From Pocillopora damicornis (Eukaryota), in contig NW_020845300.1 in the NCBI RefSeq assembly GCF_003704095.1, forward strand, positions 558,001 to 622,000: a stretch of DNA of 64,000 nt. The letters are read 5' to 3'. Below the pieces are notes generated by a model. The model ran no database searches and had not been told where the DNA came from. It was given only the letters and a program-made list of their open reading frames with translations. Shown piece after piece: positions 46,838 to 59,700 of this stretch (positions within the stretch are counted from its first letter, which is position 1; every line of letters starts with the position of its first letter). Made by a program: the position numbers and the translations under genes.

Positions 46838-49800
46838 TCAAGTGTCCTCTCTGTGCTTTTTAATTGTTCGATTACATATCACAATGTCACAGTACTGCCA
46901 TACAGGCCTTTTAAGTGTCGTGTAGCACCATGGCCGCGCGCGTTTACCACGAGGATTACGACAATAATTGTGTTTACCCAGTCCCTCTCTATTTTGGTTT
47001 CGAATTTTCCTCTCTTCGGGATCATGCGGCCATCTTTCATTCCATGGCTGGCACATGACGCCTTTCTCAGTGTAGTTAAGCTGTCCTCGGTATTCTCTTC
47101 CATCTCCCGATGTACTATTGAAGCACGTTTCTGAGGAACAAAGATGGTGTTATCTTCGTTAGCTTTGTACAACTTCCATAATTATTTTAGATTCAGAGGC
47201 GTACAAAAGTGAAGTAAGTTACTGGAATAGAGATAGAGGAGATAGAGCTTAAGCCGAGAATTTTATAGGACAAGAGAGATTTAAAAACAATCCATAGCAA
47301 TAAAATCAAGATTATTAGATCCTTCTGCACCATGGCATTTAGCGTTTTGCTTTGGAATAGCATACCCCTCCTTACCACGCAAAATTACGTGAAATTTGAA
47401 TTACTTCCATTGAATGAAAACGTTATTAATTTAATTGTATTTTGCCTCATTCAACTTACTCGATTCCGTCGATGGTAATTTATTGCAATTGTACATGGCA
47501 TGAACTTGTGCGACATCAATCCACGATAGACTCCTACGTTGTCCGATCTGGGCCCCAATCCTCCTTCCCTTTTTCCGAATTCTAATGGTTGCTTTTCCGT
47601 TTTTACTGAAAAACTTTGTTCCATAATGCATGATGGAGAAATAGTCATATTCGTAACCCATAGAATCCATTACCTTCCTTGGCATCTTATCTAGGAAAAA
47701 GGAAAGAAGTAATTTTAGGGTTTTTAGTTCACTTCAACTTACTTTGACCGGCAACTTAGGAGTTTATTAAAACATTCAAACTCCCAACTTGCAGCATTTG
47801 AATCTACTAGTGTTTTTAAGTCTAATTGTGTGAGAACATCAGTGTTATTGTCGACGTAGAAATGAATTTTGTTTATTTTAAACCCGTCGTTAAAAACACA
47901 TGGCCAGTGACGCAGTTGTACTCAGATACTTGTGAGAGTTTTCGTATGATCCTTAGACAGGAGAACATCAGCCCTTACTAGCTCGTGCTACCGATTTTTA
48001 CTTTGGAGTCTGTAGTTCCCTTAACTCAGTGGTAGAGGGGTACTTGATATAATCAGGATTCCATAGAGTTCGATTTTCAAATGCAAAACCAACACGATTA
48101 ATGGAAGCAAAAGACTACAAATATTGCTCAAGATAACTCTAAATGTTGCTACTAATGGAGCTAATGATAAATATTATATTATTTTGAATGAGATAATTTG
48201 GATTTATCAGCTGAGTTGATGATGTAAACTGGTTTCCGTCAAGAGTTCTTAAAGCGTTAGCTCTTCGTCGCAGCAAATGAAAATGAACATCACTTACTAA
48301 ACTGGTCAAACATGTCTGGCTGAATATTTTCCTTGAATATCCTGATGTAGTGATCACGGTCTTGCCTGCTCTGCTCGTGCCACAAACCTACAGCATGACC
48401 AATTTCGTGGATGATGGTTCCCATGAATTCACAACCAGAACCTACTGAAACTTTCTGTTCCCCTCCTGCCCGGCCCACGTACGACCAGCATCTGAAAACA
48501 AGTGGTCATGATTAGGAAAAAGGCGAACTCTGAAGCCTATTCTGGTTCTTGAGCATGGATTAGTACCCGGAGCATTTTTTTTCATCCACAGAAATGGGAT
48601 GCCAATTCTTTGAAACTCATCTTGCAGTATTTCGTAAGGTTTGCTTGACGGCCAAAGTGCATTTTGATCGAGCATCGTAAAACCAACGCCAAAGGCAAAA
48701 TTTTCACAAAAACAAACCAGAGCAGAGAAAATTATCCTATAGAATCTATGCCGGGAACGTAAAGTAAAAACTAGCAAACTGCTTGCAGTGCGGAAAAAAC
48801 GCGTTTGAGTATCTCGCGATTGGTTCTTAATTTTGAATTTGTTTGGCTAAGAGAATGGAACCAGTTTGCTAAACCAAATCAATCGGGGATGGCTTTCAAG
48901 GCTCAATTGAAAATTGCTCTTTCTGGTGGGTAATCATTCTCCGGTTGAAGGAAGGTGAGAGCTAAGTATCTTGCTAAAGAACGCATCAAAATAATCCTGG
49001 CCAGCGATCGAACTAATACCGAAAGACTGTAAAAAGCTCACAAAACATTCACTGGTTGTGAAATTAAATTGGTAAAACCATAGTGAGTGAGTTAAGGTTG
49101 TGACTGTTGTCCCACTAATGCTCCACCCGTTTTTTAGATAAGCAGAGGTATTTAAGTGCAAGTTTGCATGGTTCTACGTGCCAACCAACGCTTGAAGAAG
49201 ATTTATGAAGAAGTGATAAGAAATTGCAACTATATATACCCAATCACGACAACTTAAAGGTTGTCAAACAACCGAGCGAACAAATCACTTACTCCACTAG
49301 CATAAAGGGTGTGGTCCTGGTGAAAACTAATTTCAAGATTCGCAGAAAAATGATTGCTTATAATTTCAAACAAAAGATGATGTGAAAAGGCTTGTCAACA
49401 TCACGTAACCTCACGGAGAATGAATTGCAGTGAATCGCTCATTTAGTCTCAACGATGACAAGTCCTTAAAAATAGCACACGCAAAACTTTAGCATGCTTC
49501 TCGAATTCTCCGACCCCATGTCAAGTTCATTATGCTAACGGATCAGATTATTTTCTCATATTATGAAAAGAAACCACCATTTCACTGATATCTGTCTTTC
49601 ATTTGACGAAGAATTTACTAGGACTAAAGTAAACGTCATGAACATTCATCGAGTGCACGAGGTGAATGCAAAGAACTCATGGATCGACAGCTGTTTGCCA
49701 GTAGACACAAACAAGCGGACATTGTTTTGAATTCAAGCGGACCTTTGACATATCGCCAAACAAAGCAAGATTTGGGCGAAAAGATACCAACTGATCTCCC

Positions 49801-52800
49801 AAAGGGTGCTCTTAAACATACGACCTCTAACACATTTGCACAGCCGGCGTGGACTTAATGTTTTGAAAAAAAAATGTTCGGGAGAAACTCTTATGCACTG
49901 AAACCTAAGGACAGATGGCAAAGGAAAGTCATACAGGAACTTATACGTGAACCGTCTGATAAAACTTATTACTCAACTTGTTAATTTTCGCAACAAATTA
50001 ATTAAATTGTCAAGTTCATCTGTTTGCCTCAGCCGAAATAAGAGAGACTGTCAAGGCTAGGCCAGATAACCTATTGTCGTGGTTTGGATAGTTGCGATGG
50101 TTTTTACGCTGCGTTTAATATGCTGTCTTACTTTGTAAAATGCTAGTCGAAAACTTTCATGGATCAGTTTACAAAACCAGCATGCCTAAACAAATTTTTT
50201 CGGTTTAGTTTGCTTTGAGTGTCTCGGCATTACCTGCAGAGAAGAGCCACGTTGCTCGGTGACGTATCTGAAAGGCAGGTTGGGACAATAGCGATGTTTT
50301 CGCTCTTTGGATGAGAGCCAATGGAGGCGACAATTTAGGGCGGGAATGACAAAAATTTATCCGAATTGCGAAATTCATCTCATTACGATTAAGATAAGGG
50401 TGAAGAGTTTGACGAAAGTAATTAGATATGGTTTCGACGAAGTGAAAACAATTGATTTTTCTTTCCAAGCGGTAAAAACAACTGATGAATAATTAAAACA
50501 ACAAACGATCTTGTCACGAAGAAGATACTTTGCAGCTTTTATAGGCTTTAGAGTTAAAAAACATGACAATTATATTAGCATCTTGTGTTACTCACATATA
50601 AGCCAAAAAGAACTCCTTAATTAAAGAGTGGAATAATTTTCGTGATTTCAAGCAGGCAGCAGGCGTTGTTTTTAGCCGAAAGCAGTATGATCAAGCAATC
50701 AGTGGTCACTCGCATCGCTGGCGTCTCCACGTGTACATCAGACAATACTTCACCGCAAGTTTGTTCAAGATAGGCGATTGGCTCGTTGGACATCTCAAGG
50801 AAGTAGGCCGCAAAGCTGTTTACAAAGTTAAACTGTTACAGCTACTTCCCAATTTTTGCATAATATCAGCAATCCTTAATGTTTCAATGAAAAGAAAAAA
50901 AATGAAAGTTTGGTCGATGGAAAAACACGGAAAAGCATACGAGAAGCGGGAACTACGTGTTCAAGACTTGATAACGCTAATGGAGAAAAAGACCTTTTTA
51001 GGGAATTGTTTTCATTCCTGGCTTCATTGCAATAAATCATCGTTTTAAAGTCTCATGTCGAAGCTTACGACAAAATCTTGTTTTCAATGCGTCGGTGAAC
51101 CACTCATCGCGTTCTATAGCAAAGCGGTTGCACGGTCAAAGATGGTAAAAGGATGAAGGAAAATGTTTTCCAAGAGCGACGCGAAGGAAGCTCTTACATT
51201 TCTAGGCTGCCTTGATGTCAAAAGGTAATTTTAAGTCCTGATAAAACTTTTCATTATTATTGACATTTGTCAACAATAGAAAAACTGTCAAATGTTTGTT
51301 TGTAGTTAATTCCACAACCGGCCAGCAAATCACGGCCGTTCGCCATTCAAGGTTGGTTTTATCGCCTCGGCAATTAATCAAATCATTTCTTTATTTTGCT
51401 GTCTCTTCTGATGTTCGGCTATTGTAAGTATCCATTCATGTTTTCTTTTTTCTGTTTGCTTTGAAAGTAAGAAGGAAAACTAAGACAACACTACAATCAA
51501 TACTCTTCCGGTATGTGCAGCGCACTGCCAGTAACCACGCTCGTTGCTGACCGCACTTGAATGAGTTAATTAACGATATAAATGTCATCGAGTTTCCGGA
51601 CTCACTCCTTCTCTTAATGTCACCGAAGAAGAGTGTTAATGAGTTAGCAAATTAGAGTACTGAACCGCTTTTTGTGTGGTCCGCTTTTTGATGATTTTGA
51701 TAGCAGGTACTTAGTGGTCTGAAGATATAAAAAGGTTTACAAAGGTTACAAAGAACCTGTTATGTCTAGAATGGCACAATAATCAGAAAAAAACGCGCTA
51801 AAACGTATTCAAAGGAAAAGTCGCCCATAAAATTAGCCTACTTCCTCGCTCTTGCGGCTTTTACAATACCCTCTTTTATGTTGTCACATTTAGTAGGTAG
51901 CTGCTTGCGTGTGTTTCCCATTGTGAAAGTATTAAGAGTGACCGGAAAACACGGAATACATGAATATTTCAGTCAAAGTGAGAGGTACTAATAATCCTTA
52001 CCCTCCTTCATAAACAAAGCGAATATAATCGACATCGCCGTCTCGCTTATGGCGGAAATGCAGGCACGTCCTTCTTCTCCAATGCTTTAGAGCTTTTTTA
52101 ATTTCCCTCTTGGTTTTCGAGGCTATAAGAAAACAGCAACAAAGAGAAGGCGAAACGCATCATATTGAGTAGTTTTATATCGTAATTAAATTAAAATTGA
52201 CGGCAATGAGGCCATTGTTGATAGAGAAGAATACAGCATCAATTAAAAGTGGACGTGGCTCCGCCTTCATGCATACACATCACTCTATGAAATTGGAACT
52301 GTGTGCTCTTCCACGGCTTCCCACTCATCCTATCGATCCTTTATCGCTTAAAATATTCAATGTCAGCACAAACTTCATTGAAAATTAAGCAGGACAATGA
52401 CAGGCCATTGTCTAAACTTTAACCATCTCTACTTCGACATCCTAATGACTACATTACGTCGTGTGATTAATTGCTCAAGCTACCTATATCCACTACACAT
52501 ATTTACAGAGAAATGCATTCTGAGTTCTTTTGATGGCAAAAAATTCAATCTGTCGTACGCATTCTCGACGTTCATGTTTTTAAAACATTTTAGGTATGCC
52601 GCTTTTGAATTGATGACATGTTTGGAAGCAATGAAAAGCGAGGGTTCTAACTTGCTATGACTTAGCGAAAAAAGCCATAATTTACGAAGAAACATTCCCA
52701 TAAGTCTTCTGTACATAACTTGTCGCGTGGGTTGAGGTTGCCCAGTAAACTCTTGGAGAATAGTAAAAATACAGTTATAATACTGGATCCCCATTCGCTC

Positions 52801-53630
52801 TGAGACTTGAAGTTGATTTGCGGGGGGATTAAAATACTTCATTTACACTAAGAATTCTTAATAACATGGCAAAATCGTTCTCCTCCGCTTGAGACACTTG
52901 GTTCGGTTTGTTGTTTACTGCAGATCTGGCTGAGTGGAACTTTCCTAGGCTCAAATTTTTGGCTAACGCCAACTTCGAAGTAATGTCAAGGGGAAGAGTG
53001 TAAGGAACTAAAACATCGGTTTCAGCTTACCTAAGTTTCTGTCTACAACATAAGGTATCACTCCGTTTGGCCATCGCGATGTCTGTGATTTTTTAACAGC
53101 TCGTCTCCTTCGGATATGTCCTCCTTGGATAATAAGGCGCGTTTTCCAGTCTAAAACGATATCTCCCTGGTATAGAGTCCATCCGTCAAAAAAAGCCTTA
53201 TTACCTGCAAATATTCCAGTTGGTTAGATATTACTTTAGAGGTTAATTAGGGCAGATAGTAAAGAAAAGAGCTCTTAAGTATGGATCCCGCTCTTTTTTC
53301 AAAAGCTATCAATTGCTCCAAACGTATTCCGCGGCGTTTGACACGGTCTACGCGCAATTTACTTTTGTGGTTAGCGTTAACGACGACGAGCGGCAAATCA
53401 AAGGATTTTCTGCAAGTATGGAGACATAAACACAGCTATTCAAAGAACGGACAGAAGCCGTGCACACCTTTACGGCCAATCACTTCTTGATTTACTTCCC
53501 AGGGCTCGAGACCAACCGAGTCATCGGCAAGACTAGAAGTTTTCTTTTTGTTGTCAAGGAGAATAGGAATTGCCGATAAGTAAACGATATGCGCAAACAT
53601 TAAACCAAGACCAAAACGGTGAACCAACAT
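46838..53630 (-). CDS. Secreted astacin-family (M12A) zinc metalloendopeptidase with C-terminal kringle domain, ~391 aa, 6 exons
   Basis: Exons 53468-53630, 53031-53204, 52002-52122, 48298-48491, 47460-47690 and 46838-47130 are phase-compatible and total 1176 nt including the stop. Signal peptide MLVHRFGLGLMFAHIVYLSA; propeptide Asp-switch YQGDI; furin site RRRR; WPNGVIPY; GCWSYVGR; zinc motif HEIGHAVGLWHEQSRQDRD (~48353-48409); Met-turn SIMHY; kringle CFNSTSGDGREYRG..MCQPW..NYCRNP..PWCY..WQYCDIVIC; stop TGA at 46838. Confidence 0.93.
46870..47130 (-). other. Kringle domain of the astacin protein (single terminal exon)
   Basis: Six cysteines in kringle spacing, with YRG, CQPW, NYCRNP, PWCY and W-YC motifs. 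Confidence 0.9.
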
Positions 53631-53734
53631 GGCTCCTGTGCCTTACGGTAGCATATGGTACGCGTTCAAATCAATGAGAAAGGTTTGCGCCGTATTCAAG
53701 ATTCAGTTTGCGTAGTGGCGTCACGGGCATTCCA

Positions 53735-53742
53735 TTTAAATA
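53735..53742 (-). promoter_or_regulatory. Possible TATA box of the astacin-kringle gene
   Basis: TATTTAAA on the minus strand ~105 bp upstream of the ATG at 53630. Confidence 0.3.
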
Positions 53743-56700
53743 GCTTCTATATAGAATCGGATGAGGGGGCGGTGTTACTAGTTAAACAGAAACACCACTG
53801 CCCGTCAGTCAAGCTGCGACTGGCTAATTGACAGTCAATTACAATTTACAGTTGGCTACGCTGGTTTTTCCCGACATGGAATTATGCTTCAGTCTTCTCA
53901 CACGACTAGCAGCCGCTGTCTTTTAGCTTTCCGATGAACACATTGGTAAAACCCTTCAGCAATATAGAATCGAGACCTTGAAGATTGATTGATTTCTGGC
54001 ATGGGATGGAAGTGATTTAACTGATTTCCTTGGATTAGAGAAGCCGATAAAGTCCTGTGGTGCTAACAGTGGAAACCCATTATCACTGCATAATACCAGC
54101 CTCGCGAAGTCCATGTTTTGCCAGCACGGTTTAAACTCCTGTGAGAGCTAAGCGGTTAGGATGTGTTCTTTTTGGTTTTGCTTTCCTCGCCCGCATAAGG
54201 TTCTACGATAACCGCAAACGGACGCACGGTAGCGGAGGCACGGAACAACCTGCGCAATATCAAAAGGATTTTATCACCGGTCTCGAGAGCGAGTGGGAAT
54301 GATTTTATCACAAGTTTAAAAACGGTCACTTTGGATAACATTTACTGTGACCACCAGAGTGTGGCGAGTTAGAGTAGTGCACCAGGGGGACACAATAGTT
54401 GTAATTTTAAGATGACCTCCTTGTTTATATACTGCAGTGACAGTTGGACGACTAATAAAACACGCAAACCAATGGGCATTGTCAACAGCAATTACAGTTT
54501 ATCTACGCTTGTATCGCTGGATGGTACGCACTATTTCACCAGTTTGCGTCACTTTGGTGACTTGAAGTCTCGAGGGAAAAGTACATCAACAATTGTAAAG
54601 GAGAAAAAAACATAACGTGAGAGCTCACACGTGGTTTTAATTCCAAATTTTTCATGCTGTTAACTTCAGTACAAGGCCCCCCGCGTTAAACTCTTTATGT
54701 CCCCCTCTAACATTTTCAAGTTATTTCAACATGCAGGAATCGGAAATTTTTGCGTCCCCTCACGAAACGGCTAAGAAGGCTTATTCTGACTTAAGATTTT
54801 CGCAGCTTGAAGAAGTTGATTTACATTTACGTGCCAGAGGAATGTAACTAGCACTTGTGTTGATTTGCTTTTCTTTACACGGTAAGCTAGTTGTTCGGAT
54901 GCGATATGAAACGCTCGGTCTCTCACGAAGACATATCCCCGCTATAAATTAACGAAGTTAGACCTAATCAAAGAGAATTGCCCTTGAAGAAAATGACTAC
55001 TTTAGCAAGAAAGATGATCCGGAATCAGTGACTCGTAGAAGTGCTTTTGTTGTGTGGTCTTTACGTTCTTAGTGATTGACATAAGTATGTGATAAATTGC
55101 TGAAGTGTTGAGCTGTTAATGGATATGTAAATCGCCTTTCCAAAACGCGCACTGACTGTTTCTTAAGTTGAACGTTTTACAGTAGTTGTTGCCGGATTAC
55201 TCTCGTTCAAATTTACATCTGAAACTTTTGCCTGATCAGTTTGCTTGAGAGATAAATCATCCACCCTCTTAGGGAATGAAATGATCGTGCAAATCATTCT
55301 ACAAATACTTCATGTACATGTATGTCTTATCAGTTCCGCACTTACGAAATCATTTCAGCAGGCAAAATAACTCAGCAGATTACAAGCTTCAGATAGTAAA
55401 AGTGAGTCACGGAAATTTGAAATTTCCCAAAGATAAGAAGCTTTCAAATCTCGTTTCCTTTCATGCCGAGAGTAGAATTTTTGAAAGATTCTTTGAAAGT
55501 TTTTGCTTCCAATTTTCTCCAAAATGCAACCTTGTGAAGGTTCGAACGTTGCTCGTTTTAATTAATGTGCCATAATTGCTGTTGATTCTCGGTGCTTATT
55601 TACTAAAGACAGCAATAAATATTATCGAAATGGTTTAAGTTTTCATGTTAGTAAGGGTGAACAGCAGAAAAGTAATGAGATTTTAAGAGATCCAAAACTT
55701 AGCTGGATCAGGCTGCGATTTTTTTCCTGCTTAGCAAGCTTACTGATCCAAAGACGAAGAAACACTTGTGAAAACATATGGCAAGTATGTAATTCTAGAG
55801 GCCTTTGTATGTTTTGCTGCCTTGATTTGTAATTGTCATGTCAAAGAAGTATATTTTTGGTGGATTAGCCCTGTAGGCGCTTGGCAAGAGATTTCTTTTG
55901 TAAATATCAATTATTGAGCTATAAATGTCATCCAATGAAATGCGGGCTTCTCTTCGTATTATCCAGCTTTGCTGTTTGAGTAGTTTCGGATTCCCTTCTG
56001 TTACTAACATGTGCCATTATTATGGGGGGGAATGATTTGCATTCAAGGTGCTTTGGTAAATAGTTGTTTCGGCTAAAACGCTTTCCACGTGACAACAACG
56101 TGTTCGCTTATCTTTAAACTCCCTGCTGACTATCGCGTGTTAGTTTACCTCAAATTAATTTATCCGAGACAATTCACAGTTCCCAAGCAGAGGGAAGCTA
56201 TTATTTTCCATACGGTTTTATCGCGCAGGGTAACAAAAGAGAGATTTTTAAAATCTCGTCGATCGATCCCCCGTTGTTGTGCCTGTAGAAGGTGGGTCAC
56301 TCTCGAGAGTAGCGCGGCGGAATGCACGACTCGCCATGTTTTGACCACTTTGTCGCCGGCATTATCAGAGTTCGCGAAAACCACAAAGCGAGAAAGTCAT
56401 ATCTATCGGCATTGTAATCCAATTACTCACTAGTTCTCGTCGCATGAAGCGACGAAGACAATTGATAATTGTTTGTCCAACACCTTCATCCAACTTCCTC
56501 CTAACTATCTATTTTCTTGGCTTTAGATTTAAATTATTTCGCGGGATCAGTTTGCTAGGACATTATATTCCGCTGTCTTTTTTCATTGGTTGGGACTAAG
56601 AAAGATTTCAATGCTGAGACCACGAATTTTCAAGGGCGCCTAGTTTACGTAATCATTGCTTTACTGAGATCAATCTTTTGTTACCTAAATATAACATTTG

Positions 56701-59700
56701 AACGAGCAATAGCAAAAATTTAGCAAAAGAGTAAAAGGATATTGGTGTTCCGCCCATGGTAACAGTACAAACCCATATTTGAGCATAACCACTTCACAAT
56801 GGAAGACCAGCAATAAAGTTTGCAATTTGCAACTTAAGATATCTGCTGTTTACATTCGTCGCTTTTCAGTCGCTAGATACACGAAGCAACTCGATTAGGA
56901 CACTCGATAAATTTCTCTAAGGTTAAAAGGGTAAGAATTGTTTATTGATCACGTAACATCTCGAGAACTATCAGATTATTTCGATAACCTTCTCGTAAAT
57001 TCCACGGATTTTTAGATGAGAAGATTTACGCTGGTATAATTGGATCATTCTTAGTTATGCAGTTGCCCCTGCATGATGGATCATGAACCAGCCACGCAGG
57101 ATAGGAAGCTCTTTATACGTGACCATGTCCAAAATCGGGGTTAAGTCAGAAAAATTAGTAACACAGGAAATCCAAAAATACCCATTAAATAATAAATGCG
57201 AGTGGCATTTCTCAGTTTTGCCCTCCCAATTGATTTACATAAAAAGCTGAGGTGGATAAAAAAAAGTTGTTAAATGAATTGAATCGATCACAAAACAATT
57301 GAACTCGATCCTTCTGGAAAATACGACTCACACCCGACGACTTCCGCTGACATTGACTGGGGGTTTTCTCAAAAATTCGCTGCTCTTCGATTTTCAAGAG
57401 AACATCTTTCATGCAGAGAATGATATTTAGAATGTACGAGCAAGACCATCCAAATTGCAGTATTTTGAATAAAAATCCTGAAAAGCAGTTTCTAAAGAAA
57501 CATTCTTTTGTGTTCAAAATCCACGATAATTTGGTGTAAGTTTCTTTAGAGTATATCACCAGAACAAGTGTCTTCCACATTCTCCTCCTGCACTCTCACC
57601 AATGTCCATGAGGTTCAACTATAGTTTACTGAGTTACGTTTTTACAGCGCTGAATTAATACTTGTAGCTACCAAACAAACCACTTTTTTTTTTTTTTTTG
57701 CTTAATTTGTCATCTTTTGTTTTATGAAAAGTAAAGGTGCACGTAACGCTTAACAATTCCTGAGGATCTTTCCTTGGCAGAGATGAAAGATACATCAGGT
57801 TTTCAGTTCAAATTATGGAATGGATTTGGCTCGAGTATCCAATGTAAAAAAGAGCACCTTTGTAAAATGTTAGGGTTACTGGTATTTCACAGCTTAAAAT
57901 GCTTATCTAACCGGCAGAAATATATTTTTTCCACTCACGAAAGGCAAATAGAGTTTTGGAACATTTGTACAAACATTTGTCAGGAGACACCAAACTCTCT
58001 GAAAAGTTTTTGTGGTGTTTTAACTGCACTGTGTCAGAGAGGAGTCTTGAAATATTTATCGGAACGCTTGCTTCAAAGGACTTGTCGACTTTAGCGTGTA
58101 CTTTAGTTCTCGAACGTTCATTCATTGCAAAAGAAAATCATATCAGCGGAAGTCGTTTGAAAGTTCATCTAAGAGGAAGCTTTGGCTCCGTCTGCTCTAA
58201 CTTAAAACTAAAATATGCATGTTTAAACTCTTCCAAAGCTTATCAAGATAGTTTCAATTTCTAGTTTCTAGTCTTATTCTAAGGCGCAAATAGTCCAAAC
58301 TAGAACAATAGCGCTTATTTTTATAACACGAAACTCATCCTTGAATAAACAGAGCGCTATCCTCGGCATAACCAATTCAAACAAAGGATCAACGGTGATG
58401 TTTTAATAAACCACGAGAGAAGACAGCCATGTCAGTATAATCCACGAATGAAGTTCTATTTTGGCAGCCTATTACAACTTCCTAAATTTATTTAGAGCAT
58501 CCTCGACCACTGTTTTCTTTGGGATTCCGCTTCATTATATAAATGGCGGCTCATCCTTCCATGCTGTGGCGTTTTCTTGGTAATTTTCTAACAACCTTTC
58601 ACGAAACGTTAATACGTACCGTTTAAATGTCGGAATTAGAAGAAATTTCGGGAATGAGACATTCTTGTAAGTGTTAATCGATAAATATTCGTGCACTAAT
58701 GATTCATTGTGGTGTGAAACAATTGAAAAATCGTCGGCTATTTTAAAGGAAAGTGCGATATCGCCTTCTTGGCAATTCATGTGGCCGCCATAAACTTTTT
58801 CGGAGGAAAAGTTAAAATGGCGATCGGATGGGCAAGCAGAAGTGTTTATCTGAGCACATAAGAAAAAGCAAACTATCAAAGATGATTTTACGACAAGCTA
58901 GAGTCAGTGGTATAATTGTAAGGTTCGGTAGTGGACAGTGCATACCCACTCTACACGCCAAATGATTTGAAAAGTGTGATTTTTACGCCGGCTACAGTGG
59001 TTATTTTGGCAGGTGAAGGCACCCGAGAACAATTTGTCGACAATTTTAAATCATCATCAAATTTTAACACATAATCGGCTGAGGCCGAACTCGGTTAACA
59101 CCCACTTTAAGTCGCCACTTTTACCGCGGCACGTGAGGTCAAAAATGATAACACTGTGATAATATTTACCATCCCGCAAGAGTCTACGAAAGACACCGCT
59201 GGTTTTCAACACTGCAAATGATTTAATAATCATTTGCGTCAACGGAAACTATAGAGAATCGACCAGAAGGCCGCCATCGTTTATAAAACTGAGAACGTTA
59301 ATTGTTCTGCCGCCCTTTTGAAAGTGTTTCAGTTGATTGTGCCGATATGAAAATGGTTGAAAATCTTGTTTTTCATTGAAAGATAAATCAAACGCTCTTG
59401 GCAGGGAAAAATTACTTTAGACTAATATTATTTGGGGATTAATTCATTTAGTGGGCTTACTTAGGCAGGCGGTGTGTTTTTTTCTTTGTCTGAAGGTCTA
59501 AAATGCCGTCTTAATAATTTCGTAATTTTTGCGAGACACACGGTGAAGGAAAGGGCAGTAGTAAATTGTTATCATAGTTGGGATTCTTAAGATTTCTTAA
59601 GCTGAAATCAAATGGTTTCTATTTGTTTGAAATACTCGAGAGATTGATTTATCTTGCCGCGCACAGCAAGCGTGCAAACAGCACTAATGTCAAGAAATCA

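Noticed and set aside
48010-48080. tRNA-like A/B boxes (ctcagtggtagag..gttcgatt)
   Set aside because: No cloverleaf or acceptor stem; at most a decayed SINE head.
56160-56384. NSDNAGDK resembling the copia RNase H motif DSDxAGD
   Set aside because: No downstream RRSxxG or other pol motifs, and no LTRs.
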